Made by a program: the position numbers and the translations under genes. The notes beneath the pieces are model-generated. The model was not told where the DNA came from and made no database searches. It saw only the letters and a list, made by a program, of their open reading frames with translations. A stretch of DNA of 63,732 nucleotides, counting the filler, from Collodictyon triciliatum (taxonomy: Eukaryota), in assembly GCA_043381765.1 (NCBI GenBank). It is 6 parts of 6 records of this genome, joined end to end, with 100 filler letters (N's around TTAATTAATTAA, not from the genome) between each part and the next. Parts side by side here need not be neighbours in the genome. Positions count along the whole stretch, not along the records: positions 10,695 to 28,144 come from JBHJMP010002628.1; 5 more parts are not named here. One strand, given 5' to 3'. The stretch's first letter is position 1, and each line of letters opens with the position of its first letter. Shown piece by piece: positions 11,768-25,355 of this stretch.

Positions 11768-13563
11768 ATGGAAACACTCGTCCACAGCAAACGCCTCCCA
11801 AGCGTGTCCATTCCACACAACTTTTCGTTACCAGGGTCATCCTGGGCCAGTTCAGAGGATGTGAGGACAAAATGGCTCTTATCGACGGTTTAACGCACTG
11901 GAAGTTTGCATCAGTTTAGCATCGCGCCATGTTTTGGCGGCACATTGGATGCAGCATTTGGACTGCGGCGCAGAAGTGCCGTTGCCTTGCTGCTGCCAAA
12001 GTACGCCGCGTGCGGTGTGTGGATGTTGGCCGTGGCTCTTGTGCAGAGTCGTCACCACAATCAATCCGGTCTACACGCATCACGAGATTCCGCATCAGCT
12101 GCGCAATCCGTCTGCAAAGTATCTCGTCGTTGTGCCAGAGTGGGATGAGAATATTGTCCTTTTATTCTTCTCTTCTTTTCTCTTTTCTTTTCTTTCTTCT
12201 TTTGCTTGTTTTTATCGGTAATAAATTCAAAAGGATAAAATATTCTGTGCTGTATGTTTGTTTACCGAAAAAATTTAAAATCATGTAGAATATCTGAACG
12301 ATACGTCAGCGACACATTCGAGCATCGATAAAGATGGATGGTTACGCACTGAAGACGTTTTAGTACTATTTTTGAACTGGCAGTTAATTTTATCTTTTAA
12401 AAGTAATGTTTTAATATTTGTAGATGGTCAAGGTTGATAAGAATGCATTTTTCTACATCTAGGTATTTGTTAACATCCAAGAACCACCATAATTTACTTA
12501 TTTACTTAACGATATCTCACATTCGATGGCCTAATTCTAAAAAAATGAATAACTCACAAAAATGTTTCAAGTGCCGTTCACAACTATATTCTTTATTATT
12601 TGCAACTGCAACAACTATGAAGGACTGCGCCGAGGAACTTATTAAATACAAAGGATTTCAGAGGAGGGCCCCTGATGAGTTAGAGAAAGTATTAGTATGT
12701 TATAAAATATTAAATCTGGCCCCTCTGATGTTTATTTATTCTAGGTATAGAGAATATGATATCAATTATATATAAACGATATGCATGGATATAGAAGCGA
12801 CTGCTTTTTTTTTTTATTAGTTTACTCTTCTTGGATAATTTATGTTTAATTCCTTTCTGTTGCTACTTTGTGCTATTTGTTTTATATTGTAGCTTACGCA
12901 TCTTTCTGTTGCTGATGTTGCAAATATTCTCCAAAATGATTTTTTTGTATCTAAGGTCATTTTGCCTTTTATCAATTCGATGTGAGTTATTTCTCAATCT
13001 CTTGACAGCATAAAAAAGAAAAGAAAGCCAATATCCCCTCGTTAGTTTCTCGTCTCGTTTATTCAGCAATTTTCATGAAAAATGTCGCCCAATCTAAAAT
13101 CTAAATTACTTTTTTTATAAGGCCAACCACAAGGTCACTGAGGAAGACACGATTGCTTTTGTTGATGAGCGCGTCGACCATTCCAAAAGAAATCGTTTCG
13201 TTTAGTTTACGGGAAAAATTCCAAAGTCCGGCTCTGGGATAGTAAGTTGAATTGATCATTGTGGGAATAAGAACAAAAATAGTATATAATTTATTTAAAT
13301 CACGTTCTTTTTAAAGGTTTCTGTTTGCCACAGTCTGTAGTTTTTTACTTCAATTTTTACTTTATATTTTCTTTTAATTAAGTAATTATTTCAGTCATTG
13401 TATTTTAGGATATGGAAACTACAACATTCATCAGCCCAAGCACCCTAATTGATTTCATTCGCTTTCCGTAATGCAAATTAAATAGATTGGTCATATCTAG
13501 ATTCTTCATCGAGTTCTAAAAGACCTTGAGAAGAAGTGCGAGCGAGCTCATCCCAAGTTATGA
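11768..13563 (+). pseudogene. Decayed 4-coumarate:CoA ligase/luciferase-like acyl-CoA synthetase
   Basis: Ordered fragments across frames: LPSVSIP, DKMALIDGLT, GLRRRSAVALLLP, VTTINPVYTHHEIPHQL, YLND..T..IDKDGWLRTEDV, ELIKYKGFQ.APDELE, TEEDTIAFV, IPKSGSG, ILHRVLKD...PKL*. Frameshifts and stops are present and the central AMP-binding region is missing. Confidence 0.85.
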
Positions 13564-14917
13564 AAGCAATCAGTCCAAGTTTATTTCATTTTTTTCAGAG
13601 TAAATGAAGTAAAAAAACGTGTCTAAAAAGATATCTTGTGGGTCTCGTCAGATTATACACGCTGCATTGCAATCGCACCAACGCAGAAAAAAAATACATC
13701 CAAAATCTGCTTGAAGAAAAACGCATTGAAAAGAACTAAAATCATCACTTTGCCAATCTCATTTCCACCATCGCATATCTCTTTTTTATTTTACTATAAT
13801 CTATTTTGAAAACTTTCTTATCTTCATTTATTCTCGCTGCTGGTTGCTTTTTGATTGGGCTGAGTCTGCTTCTTGTTTGTTGAATTACGAGCCTCACAAG
13901 CATTTATCCCAAGACCGAGCTCGGTGTAGAAAGCGGAATTGTATGTCTAGTTATTGAAATATTAGAATTAAAGGGTTTCACTACCTCCATTCAAATACAA
14001 AAAAAAATATCATTAAATTTTATCTCAACAAAGGCTGGTGGAAATGGTGAGTGATGTAAATATTAGGCAACCAAAGCTACGCATATTTGAACGAGAACAT
14101 ACTTGCTTTTTCTTTTCTATTTTGTTATCATAATGAACATCACAAACAATTGCAGAAGAAAACGATTAGAACTCAATTTTTTTTTAAAAAAAATAGGATA
14201 ATGCAACACATATACATATATACGCTTTTAAAGCCGCGATTATCACAACTGGGGCAAATGCAGAGCCCAGCCCAACCCCAGAAGCAAGTGCCATCGCCTT
14301 TGGGGCAATAGAGATTAGCACGTAAATACCCACTACGAAGACACATTTTGTGACACATTGGTTCTCATAGCTGTATATTATTCTTCCTCTCACAAAGTTT
14401 TTTTTTGTCTTCTGCGCTTTTTTCTTTTTCTTTTTATTATCTCTTTTTGCTTAAATTGTTTATGAGGCCGCTGGTGCAGCTTTGGGGAAAGAAAATCTCA
14501 CAGGCAAAAAAGGAAGAAAAAAAAAAAAGAAATGTGTTTTCTCAACCAAATGGCTTACTAACCTGGGCACCCTCGGGCACTCCGTCCTTCGCGAGAAATC
14601 CACTATACTAATGGAAAAGTGATTTAATGATTATATTTTAAAAATGGTTATAATATTAGAAGAAAAAAAGAAGCAAAATAGGCGGAACCTGTCCTGCTCA
14701 TCGAAAAGGAAAGACGTCTGTCATATGACGTGCAACACACACCCACGACAGGACAACGAGCGGCTGGCATTCACAAAATGGTGTGGAACGTTTTATTCTG
14801 AAGTGATTTACATCATATGGACTTTGCGAACTTCGCAAACATCACAGACTTTGGCAACAGAAATACCGCTTTTGGTGCGTAGACAAAGGAGATTGCGATA
14901 GTGTCTTTTGCCGGGTC

Positions 14918-15041
14918 TCAAGTGGGCTCGTTTATTGCCTGTGTATCTGGTGTGGAAGTCGTTGCGGTGGTGCTCATAAATGCCGGCTGGGGCTTTACAC
15001 GACTTAGTGTTTGCATTCTAGCCAAATATCCATATGTATCG

Positions 15042-15094
<53 letters not shown>

Positions 15095-18000
15095 TATCTT
15101 GTTTTAGAAGACAGAAATGTCCAGAACTTTCCGTCAAAGCAGGCCACAGAGAAGCCGAGGGTTCCATTAATTGAATACCTGCCTGTGTTTTACATACCAT
15201 GGCTTCTGCATACACGCCAATATTTTGCGTTTGGTGCAATGCCAAGATGTACGGCAAGATAAAGAATAAAAAATTATGTGTAAGTACAGTGTAGCTCTTT
15301 TTTTTCCCCCTTCATGACATTTATGTTTTCTTCGCTTAATCCGTGCCGTTAGTTTGAGGTAGATGATTCTTGATCAATCCTACTTATTCCAAACTATTAA
15401 TTTTTTTTATTCACATTGATAGCTAATTAAGAGATGACAAGAGGAAAGTTATCGATAGTGAATTCATCTCCGAAGTTGTGTGCATCCGAAGACTGTTATC
15501 CTATCTTCTCTTCACCGACGCCTAGACTTCCAGTAATCCTCTGCCTCGCGGTCCTCCTGTATTATTTGGGGTTGTCATCAGCGCTGCAATAGTATTTTCA
15601 TGACCCTCTTTTTCGTCTACTTTACTTATATTAATTGCTCTTTTTCTTGATGAAACAAGTTGAATAAGTATGATATTCACTCGCAATTGTCGAACTTTCT
15701 GCTCCTCTTTTTCTTTCCTCCTTCTGTCATTAACATCCCGATTGTAGTTGCCTTGTATTGAAAAGCAGAATGACGATAGTTGAGAGAGCACACATAAGAA
15801 ATAAAGAAAAAGTATATAGTAATGAAAATATCACATTGGAATTTTACAATCTTTCCTTCGAAATAGAATATGATGAACCTGAGTCTCTTTCCAGTCGTTC
15901 GTCTCCTCGGTTTGGGCTTTCTTTGTCGGAAGAGCGTTTGCGTCCATCCCGCGGACTATGGATGTCGTCTCTGTCAACTGCGCCAAATTTCCCGATCGGC
16001 TTCTTCATAGAGATGTTTCCAAAAGAATTTTTTTTAGTGAGTATGGCTAATTGTAAATAATCTTTGAATCTATGCATGCAAAGATTTTCTGCTGAAATGA
16101 TCATTTCTAGAGCATGAATCAATAATAAGGTATTTTCTTAATTCATGTATCCATGTGAGCAAAAAATGAAATGTTCTTTGGCATTTGCCACATAAAATTG
16201 CTATAATTATAATTTAAAAAAAATGAACACCAATAATGAGCCGTTAGTTTTGTTATATTGAATTGATATTATTGTTATTTTGTGAAAAAAAAGTAATCAA
16301 ATTTTTGACTATCATCATAAAAGTAAAATTAATTCAAGGAGGTATATAAACAAAGAGCGTTAGATATACCCGTGACCCTATCACATTCCCAGAGTCGTCT
16401 CGATAAGGGGCACCGGCACCACCTCTGCCGTAGGGGTTATAGGTCTGCATGTCCCTCTCTTCCTAGTGATAATAATGGGATGATTTAATATCGGTAAATC
16501 AATGTGGACATTATCTCGATCAGTAATAAAAAGAAAACCACAGGTGGATAGGCAAGGTATTGAGGGCAGTCACGCATGTTTTTGTAACCTTTTCCTCCAA
16601 TTTTCGAATTCTCTCTTTTTCTCGAGTTTCTCTTTCCTTTTTCTCTCTTATTTGTTCCTCTAATAAATCGTAGATTGGTAATAAGAATCTATATCATAAG
16701 GATACATGGTGGTGTAAGAGGGCATACCCCATTCACGTTTTAAAGTCTCTCTTTTCATATTTGCGATTCGTATTTCATCATCTGTAGGTCCGCCGTGTAG
16801 AGTCGATAATGCAGACATAAACTTTTTTAAGAAAAAAGAAGGAAGGAGGGAATCAGTTTTGATATTACTCTTTCCTTCTAAGAAAATGAATTACCCTTGA
16901 ATTATAATTATGTACTATTTTTCAATGAATATATTATTATGATTTTCCATTAAATTATCGAATTGCAAAACATTATTTGATGAGTATGTAAAATGACATG
17001 TTTTCTGGAGCCGAATGGACTCATTCTGTCCTGTGACTGAGCAAGTGAATCCTGGTAATGACTTTTCATGTCCTGATGCATCTTCTGTTCACCTCGCTCG
17101 ACTTGCCCATGCCTCCGATTCTCTCTGGGCGAGTCATAGTAATCCTTTCTTGTGATGTGGCTTCGCTCGTGGCCATAATCAAGGTCGTTGCGCCCATCAA
17201 GCCTCCTCTCTTCGTGTATGACTGGGTGGTCGTTTCCTTCATCATAGTTTCGGGTTTGATTATGTCGCTTATCATACCCAAGCTGGTCGCGACCTTCAGA
17301 GTCCGGCGATGAGCGATTTTTGTGATTTCGTTCAATATTTTCGTGATGCTCTGATTCGTGTGATGGTCTCACTTTGCGTTCCGACTCCTAATTAAAAAAA
17401 ATCTCATGATTGAAACGCAATGATTACTATTTTTTACATAAGAAACAAACAAACAAACAAACAAACAAACAAACAAACAAACAAACAAACAAACAAACAA
17501 ACAAACAAACAAACAAACAAACAAACAAACAAACAAACAAACAAACAAACAAACAAACAAACANACAAACAAACAAACAAACAAACAAACAAACAAACAA
17601 ACAAACAAACAAACAAACAAACAAACAAACAAACAAACAAACAAACAAACAAACAAACAAAAAACCACCAACTCCCATTTCCTCTGTATAAAATTTTGTC
17701 ATTTGTAAACCAGTTTTAAAGGGCTATTAAATATACTTATATCCCCACATTTTCGTATTTAGTTTATTTTCTGAATAAGAACACCAAATATCATATAATA
17801 ACTTATACTTGAAAGAGTTATTTGAAACAAGTATTACTTTTTTTACGACTTCAGAGTCGATAATTGGTTGGTGCGTTCGGTCTATTTGTGGCTGAGGATT
17901 TCTGAGAGGGATGGAAATGGAGGATTCTGAACGGCGTCCATCGGATGGCGGCTTCGAGGCACCGCCATTGGGAGCCGATTTTGATGGTCCTACTAACGGC

Positions 18001-18662
18001 GATTCCCTATTCTTGGCTACGACTGATGCAGGCTTTTTCGACGTTGAACCTTTAAAATATTGGACTTTTCATATACAAAAGAAAAAAAAGGCCCTTTGGA
18101 GCGACTAAGGCAGAAAATAATGCGTTTTTTCCGCCTATATGACGCGTGATAAATATGTAGCATAGTAATATGTGTTCATAATGTAACACGACGAATGGAT
18201 TCAATATATATTTTTCGCTATTGCTTTACTCTTGGAATAGTAAGTGAAGAATACGAAGTGGTAAATTGTGTATAGATAGATATATACCAAAAAAAAAAAG
18301 ATGTGCATGTATACTCGTTGATTGATAAACTGTATGAATGTATGCTGAGAGAGGTGATGACATACATATGGGAGCCTAACCTGACTTAAGCAGCACTCTA
18401 AGGATGTCTTGCAATGATTTCAGGGTTTTACAACGAAGTGTGTGTTGATTTGTGCTTAGTTTGACTATTTTCTCGCAGCAAACAATTATCTGTCATATGG
18501 GTTTGAAGTGGTCAGCATCATATGTATGAAAAGTGCCTGTGCGTGGGTATGGCCGTGTTATGTGGCGAATAAAAATAGTAGATAAATCGAATAAAGGAAA
18601 AAAAATAGTAGATAAATAAATAATACCTCTTCAAGACTCTGCTCTGGGTCAGTTCCACTCAT
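14918..18662 (-). CDS. CSPP1-like centrosome/cilium protein, multi-exon (3' end uncertain)
   Basis: Exons from MSGTDPEQ. LEEQIREKKERETREK coiled coil followed by YNPYGRGGAGAPYRDDSGNVI (about 16380-16445), matching the CSPP1 YNPWGKGGGGAPLRD..GN motif. Confidence 0.6.
15041..15095. repeat. (ATTG)n microsatellite
   Basis: Tandem GATT. Confidence 0.9.
17444..17660. repeat. (AAAC)n microsatellite, intronic
   Basis: Tandem AAAC with one N. Confidence 0.95.
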
Positions 18663-18894
18663 TGCTTACTAGGTGTGATCGAGAAAGACTAAGATCAGTG
18701 GCAAAAGTAGAGCATTGCCAGAAAAGCTCAATCAAAAAAGCACCGTTCAGCGCAGCAACGAAAGGGACAAATACTCTTATTTCCCCTGCTTCTTGATTTT
18801 CTTTTATTTCTTTCCTTTTTTCCTCCTTTTGTTTTGTCCGGTTGGGGTTGCTTTCTCATTTTCACCGCGCTCGCTACGAGGTACGGTATGAAAT

Positions 18895-19262
18895 NNNNNN
18901 NNNNNNNNNNNNNNNNACATACATACATACATACATACATACATACATACATACATACATACATACATACATACATACATACATACATACATACNNNNNN
19001 NNNNNNNNNNNNNNNNNNNNNNNNNNNNNNNNNNNNNNNNNNNNNNNNNNNNNNNNNNNNNNNNNNNNNNNNNNNNNNNNNNNNNNNNNNNNNNNNNNNN
19101 NNNNNNNNNNNNNNNNNNNNNNNNNNNNNNNNNNNNNNNNNNNNNNNNNNNNNNNNNNNNNNNNNNATACATACATACATACATACATACATACATACAT
19201 ACATACATACATACATACATACATACATACATACATACATACATANNNNNNNNNNNNNNNNN
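18895..19262. repeat. (ACAT)n microsatellite with assembly gaps
   Basis: Tandem ATAC flanked and interrupted by N runs. Confidence 0.9.
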
Positions 19263-19678
19263 GCACTCATTATAGGCGTTATACCAGAGGAGTCGTTCCC
19301 TTCATCAGGAATCTACTTTACTGGCATCCGGTCTCGTTTTCTTCGAAGTGCCCAAACGATATGGAAGCTCAAACGCACTGCAGTTCGATGTAGTTGGTTG
19401 ATTGTTTTCACCAAACTTTTGGTTTTGTATCATTTTATTTCGGTCTATGCGAAAGAGGCGATTGTGTGGCATTGAAATCATTTTGTATTGCTGAAACAAA
19501 AAGGGAGGTGACATGGATTACTCAAGTACCCCAACGTGTCAGCATTGGAAGCGAAAAAGAAAAGGCTGCTTAAATAATTAAAAATAAAGCAGATTAAGAA
19601 AAAGATGCGTAATTGCGTGATTCTCAAAGTCGTCTAACATATGCCATCACTGTGCGGAAAGGATGCCAACTGCTTTTA

Positions 19679-20797
19679 TCACTGTGAATGCGCAGTTTTC
19701 ATTACAACAGAGTTCACATCGGCTGTCATGTCAAAAAAGCGCAACTGCTTTGAGTACGATGGGCTGCGAAAGTAGCTTTTTTGTGAATTGTCTAACTCGC
19801 GCCATGCTTGTGCTATCAAAGCCATGATATCTTTGTTTGAATGGTTAGGATACATTCTTCGGTAGTTGTGGCGAACAAAAGAGCTAAAGCGCACAAACGC
19901 CTTATTTGCTGATCTTCTGTCAACACCTTCAGGGTTGTCTGAATATGCACTGGCAGCTCTACGTGGTTGTGGGGATGTCTCGTATCCTGTGAATGTTATC
20001 CTTGACTGGGTAGCAGTTCTGGTAGAATGAAAAATTGTGGCGTTAGAGGTTGGAGGTGTGATATGTAAAAAAAAAAAAAAAAAAAAAAAAAGTCCTTGAA
20101 AACAATAAAGTCGAAAAGCATACCGCTCGTATCCCTGCTGATCAATATAATGGTTCTGAACTTGATTAAAATCGTCGCTGGTAATACTGCGCCAAATGAT
20201 AGTGTTTTGTTCCTTTTGTTTTGATGATTCTCTTGTAGACCTGTTTTTTTTCGATGGTGCCTTTTGCGTTTCGCGAAAAGAATATTTGTCTCCTGCAGGG
20301 TTCGGCATCACCATCGCGCGCTGCTTTTCATTCTCTTGTTCATCACTTTCACCGACCTTATCGATATCTGCTTGAGGAAAAGCGGCGCCTTCGTATGCCT
20401 CTACTGAAGTTTTTGCTGACTTTGCGCAATGACATTCTTTTGTGTATGCCAGGAATCCTACAGAGTTGAATGCAGACTCAACGTGGTCTGTGTTTAGCTT
20501 ATCTCCCATGCATTCCTGGTGCAGTCTCTCTGGGGCAAAAGCTTTCTCTATAATCTCTTCGACTTCGGTCAGAGTGCAAGGCATCTCTCGGCTAAGACGA
20601 GGTAAATGATTTACTTGCTGTGGTGAGAGGATTGCCCAACCCTGTGTGTCCATAGGGGGTCTAAAAAACACGCCTGGCTCCGCAGAGAACGTATCAAAAG
20701 GGTCGAGGCTACAACCCGCACTTGATAGAAAACTGCTTGGGAATAGTTCGTCTGTCTTGTCTTCGCAGAGAGAAAAAAGCTTCATAGGAGACGACAT
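19679..20797 (-). CDS. HMG-box DNA-binding protein; probable intron 20019-20123
   Basis: RRSANKAFVRFSSFVRHNYRRMYPNHSNKDIMALIAQAWRELDNSQKSYF is an HMG box. The poly-Phe stretch lies in a 105-nt GT..AG interval. Confidence 0.85.
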   Translation of the reverse strand: MSSPMKLFSLCEDKTDELFPSSFLSSAGCSLDPFDTFSAEPGVFFRPPMDTQGWAILSPQQVNHLPRLSREMPCTLTEVEEIIEKAFAPERLHQECMGDKLNTDHVESAFNSVGFLAYTKECHCAKSAKTSVEAYEGAAFPQADIDKVGESDEQENEKQRAMVMPNPAGDKYSFRETQKAPSKKNRSTRESSKQKEQNTIIWRSITSDDFNQVQNHYIDQQGYERYAFRLYCFQGLFFFFFFFLHITPPTSNATIFHSTRTATQSRITFTGYETSPQPRRAASAYSDNPEGVDRRSANKAFVRFSSFVRHNYRRMYPNHSNKDIMALIAQAWRELDNSQKSYFRSPSYSKQLRFFDMTADVNSVVMKTAHSQ

Positions 20798-21580
20798 GGT
20801 CGATTTTTCGTAAGGTATGCTGACTGGAGCCTGTTGGCAAAGTTGTATAGTCCTGTGGTAAGATAATCGTGTATTAGATTCGATTCGATCCGCAATGTGA
20901 CGAGGAGAGTTGAGCTATGGTTTAGTTTTCTTCTTTCAGTATTAGTAGGCTTCAGAAGAAAAAGCAGCGTTTTCTTTGGTTAAGTAAAACATGCAGCAAG
21001 AGATGGAAACGAAGGTAATATTTTCTCTATTATCATCGGCGGCGGCATATATCGAAGGTATTCTATGTTTTTATATGAGTTGTATAAAAATGCAAAAAAT
21101 GAGAGTGGGCGAAGTCTTATTGATATGACCCGTAGTGAATAAATCAGTCATATGGAGTGTTGGTAGCTGTCGATATTTCTGGGGATGGCAGGGTAGACGG
21201 AAAGTGAAATGGAAGAACAAAGTCTCATGTGTCATTTTCAATTTTTTTATTTATGAAAAGTGTGCGGCGACAAAAACTAATAATTAGACTCAACTCATTT
21301 TTTCATGTTTTTCGATTAGTCACACAGGAGAAAAAAACAGTTTGTCCGTTATCAATTCGGCCTATGGCACAATAATCGATTCACATTTGGTGTCAAAGCT
21401 ACCGATGATGTGTATAACAGTGAGAGTCGATTAAGAAGAGGTAGTCTGGAGAAGGTGTTGAAACTTGTGGAGATTTCCATACATACACTTCGGCGTGCAA
21501 CCAAATCATTGCTTGTATGAACCTATCCCGGCCATTATTTACAAACGTGAATAACCGACAATGACTGGATGGGCGATCCA

Positions 21581-21973
21581 AACCAATCAATTCGTTCCCG
21601 TGCGATTTTCATTTTCTCAGTTCCAACCAATCATTTTTCTGGTGCGAGTTAATTCGTTCAAAAGCAAATGTAGCGCACAGACCAATCATTTGTTACCACC
21701 TACAAAATCAATCCACAAAAAAAAATGAATCAATCGGGCGTGATAAGCAGATCAATTACGAAGTTGGTTAGGGCTTGTCATTGCGCCTTCTTTGTCAAAT
21801 TGTCTGCTATGTCTTTGGACACGACCACCCACACGCGCCAATCAAATAAACAAGCAAAGCGGAGCATTAACCAGCGATACTTTAATAAAGCACAAAGTGA
21901 ATCGATATAAAAATCGTGTGACCAAAAAAGGAAATCTCAATAAAATCAATCGATATCATCACGCGCCCAATCA
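21581..21973 (+). promoter_or_regulatory. Cluster of five CCAATCA motifs (CCAAT-box-like)
   Basis: CCAATCA at about 21583, 21627, 21682, 21838 and 21967, upstream of the HMG-box gene. Confidence 0.4.
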
Positions 21974-24294
21974 CCTCAGGAAGACTTCTCGAATAGACTC
22001 TCGCCTTTTTTCTCCAATGTTTTTTTTCGCTATATGAACTGGCACAAGATTAAATATGAGCCACAGAATCGCACCACAAGAATCGTGCTCCAAAACAGGG
22101 CGGTGATGTGGAGCACCAATGTGGAATATATGCGACAAGGAGCCAAGGGTAAATATCGCTTTTTCCATCTATCTAGGCTTTCAAATCAAAACAAAGAACC
22201 GCCACCCTCGACAAACGCGGCGCTGCTTCTCTTCGCTTGCGATATCTGTCCGGAGAAAGTTGTGAGGTCTTTTTTTTTTTTCAGTTTTCAGTTTTTCAGT
22301 TTTTTATTTTTTTATTTTTTTATTTTTTTGTTTTTTTGTTTTTTTGTTTTTTTTTGTTTTTTCTTCATAAATCCAAAAACCCAACAGATTACCAACTTAT
22401 CGAGAAGTTTAAAAAGTGATTTTCCTTAGGGCTTTCGAACATTTCTTACTCTTCGTCAGTCTGAAAACGCGAGGTTAAAAACCCAGCTTCGTCTCAATAT
22501 CTGAAACACGAAGGTTGTAAAGAGTTCTCAAGAGTTTTCAAAAGTTTTCAAAAATGCATATATCTGCCCTAAGCCCATTCCATAAATGAGGCAAGTTTTG
22601 ATTGGTTCTTCTTGGGCGCTTTCCTTCACATTTGTATTTCAAGCAAACAGGAGGTTCTAAGTCAATGATTTAATCACACATCCAACCGCTCACATCCGAT
22701 GTCGAATTGGAGATGCAGCATTACAAACCTATAAGACAATCTGGATTTATACTTAAACTTTACTTACATTCCAACCTTCAAACGATGCAACCATTAGGCC
22801 ATAGCAAGAGAATATTGGTCTTAATTTTGGCTGCTGGACTATTTCGTTGGACTTCAAAATCACAAAATAATCTGAAGATAAATCTCTCGGGTCATACTTT
22901 CTGTATTACACCCATGCAAATCTGAATATTAGCAAGCAGCACATCTCCAAACCCCGAGAAAAATCCCCCCTTAAACTTCCCATTCAGACTGACGTGAATA
23001 TGATTAACATAGGAAGCATCAAGGCATTCTTCGTTACTTATCCGAAAGGATACTCCAAAGCGAAGGCAACTCAAGAACTAGCGCCCACCAAAGATAGTCC
23101 GCTTATCATGCCCCAGCCCGTCGCACCAAGAAACAAGGGGCATGAGCGAACACCACAAGTCGAATCCGAGCTTGGAACTTCACACACTTAAGACAGTCCG
23201 AGCAAGCAGGAGCGTATGTTTCTAAAACCACAAACGCATATCATACTCCGGTCAAGCAAAGTCCACTGCCGGCTACGCATGGTTCCAAAACCAGGGGACG
23301 GTCAAGCGCCACTTCCGCTAATACCTGACAAACAACGATGTATCGCTTTTTGTCTGAGTCGCCCAGCAAGAAACGCAAGGAAAGTGACCCGTTGTCCCCT
23401 CAAAAGACTCATCCAGTGGAGTGAAATAGGATGTAAACCTTGTCTGGGATAGACAGTTGAAAGGACTCGTCGGAATCGATGATTGAAGTAATAGCCATGT
23501 GCATACTTTCATCGACCCGACAACTTTATCCGCTCTTCTGTCCGTCTCGAATACAACCAGAAAATGTGTTGGAGCTAAATCACTTCGGGTAGAATGGTCT
23601 ATGCATGAGAACACTTTCTCTCCTTTCTATTTTCTTTTTCTTTTCTTTTTCTTTTTCTTTTTCCTTTTCTTTTCCTTTTCTTTTCCTTTTCTTTTCTTTT
23701 CCTTTTCTTTTCTTTTCACCCAAAACACAAAAAAATCCAACCACATAATCCAAAGTTTCCATTGTCTCTTCCACATTTCATTTTTTTGTCCTAGAGGCGA
23801 AGGCGGCTTTCTCGGCTTTTTTCCCTCGATATTTGTTTTTGAAAAGAACAGGTTCACGAATAATTCGAAGTCGGCCTGGTTTAACAAGCCAAGATATAAT
23901 TAACCCCAAAAAAGTATCATCGACTGGGTGCTCTTCTTTTAATGCAATCAATTGTATGATTCTTCGGAGATGTCTAAAAGAAAGTGAAAACTGAATAGAT
24001 GGCGGTAGTGTCTTGATTATAATCAAATATGCAAATTGAAAATACCATGTCGCACACCTTCATCGCCCCTTATGCTATAAATATATATATATTGAGTTCC
24101 TTAGATGCGATTTATTCCTTGCGATTATTATTTATTTTTTTTGGTTAGAAAATGTTTGAATCTCTTGCTATTTTTATTTTTACATTTCTTGGAAGCGCCT
24201 CGGCTGATAACATAGTAGAAAGAAAGAAACAAGGTTGTGTATGGCTTTGTCTGGTGCTTGCTGGGGTCTATATCCTCGAAGTTTCTCTTGGCTC

Positions 24295-25355
24295 TCATTT
24301 CTTGTTCAATATCTGCTCTGCTAGCCAGTCCAGTCCCTCATACAGTCCCTGTCCAGTTGACGCGCATGTAGGCTGCACAAACCTTGCATCCCAAACAAAG
24401 TAAATTCAGTATATATTATCTCCTCAAGTGCGCTTGTGTAGATGGCATTACCATTGCCGATTTCTCATCTCTGCTAGTCCAAGCTTACTCGCTATCTCGC
24501 TAGCTTTCATAGCTCCTGTGGAAGAAGGAAAGAGATGTCACATCAGCACTACCTTGGTGATATGAATCATGCGTATATACGGCAGAATGCCACATGAGAT
24601 TTACCCTCCAGGTCTTGCTTATTGGCGAATACAAGAACAGGGACATTCCTCATCTCTTCTGTCCTCAGGATTCCGTCCAACTCCGTCTACAAATGACACG
24701 AATGAATGAACGATTCTATTTGAAGTGCTCGCGTCAATGGAAATGTGTACCATGATGCGATTGTATGGTACCTTAGCCTCTTTGATGCGGTCTTGGTCTT
24801 GCGAGTCTACTACAAAGATGAGGCCTTGTGTTCCTTCGTAGTAGTGGTTCCACAGGCGTCGGATTCTATCCTGGCCTCCCACATCCCAGACAGTGAAGCT
24901 GTGTGTCAATCATCAGACAAGGCTGGACATTGTTAGGAGTGGCGATATTCCGATCTTTTAGAATCCAACATACTTGAGCTTTTTGTACTGGACGGACTCC
25001 ACATTGAAGCCTACGAGACACCCGAGCAATTACAAAAGTTGTTTTTCTATTCTGTTCGTGGGTGTTGGTTTGTCTGTTTTTCTTTTTACGGAATCTTCAT
25101 TTTCTTCAAAGTAAACTGACCTATGGTGGGGATGGTGACCACCTTTTCACCCAGCTTAAGGGAGTAGAGAACCGTTGTTTTCCCTGCAGCGTCGAGACCT
25201 GTACACAACAGCGATATCATTAGACTTTGAGAATTGGATATGCACCGGATTCTCATCTGATGAAGAGTGCTTTCAGATTTACCCAGCATCACGAGGCGAC
25301 ATTCCTTGTTGGAGAGGGAGAGCAGATTTGATATTTTAGAAAAGAAAAGTCCCAT
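24295..25355 (-). CDS. ARF: ADP-ribosylation factor (Arf) small GTPase, multi-exon
   Basis: MGLFFSK myristoylation site, [53 protein letters not shown]. Confidence 0.95.
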
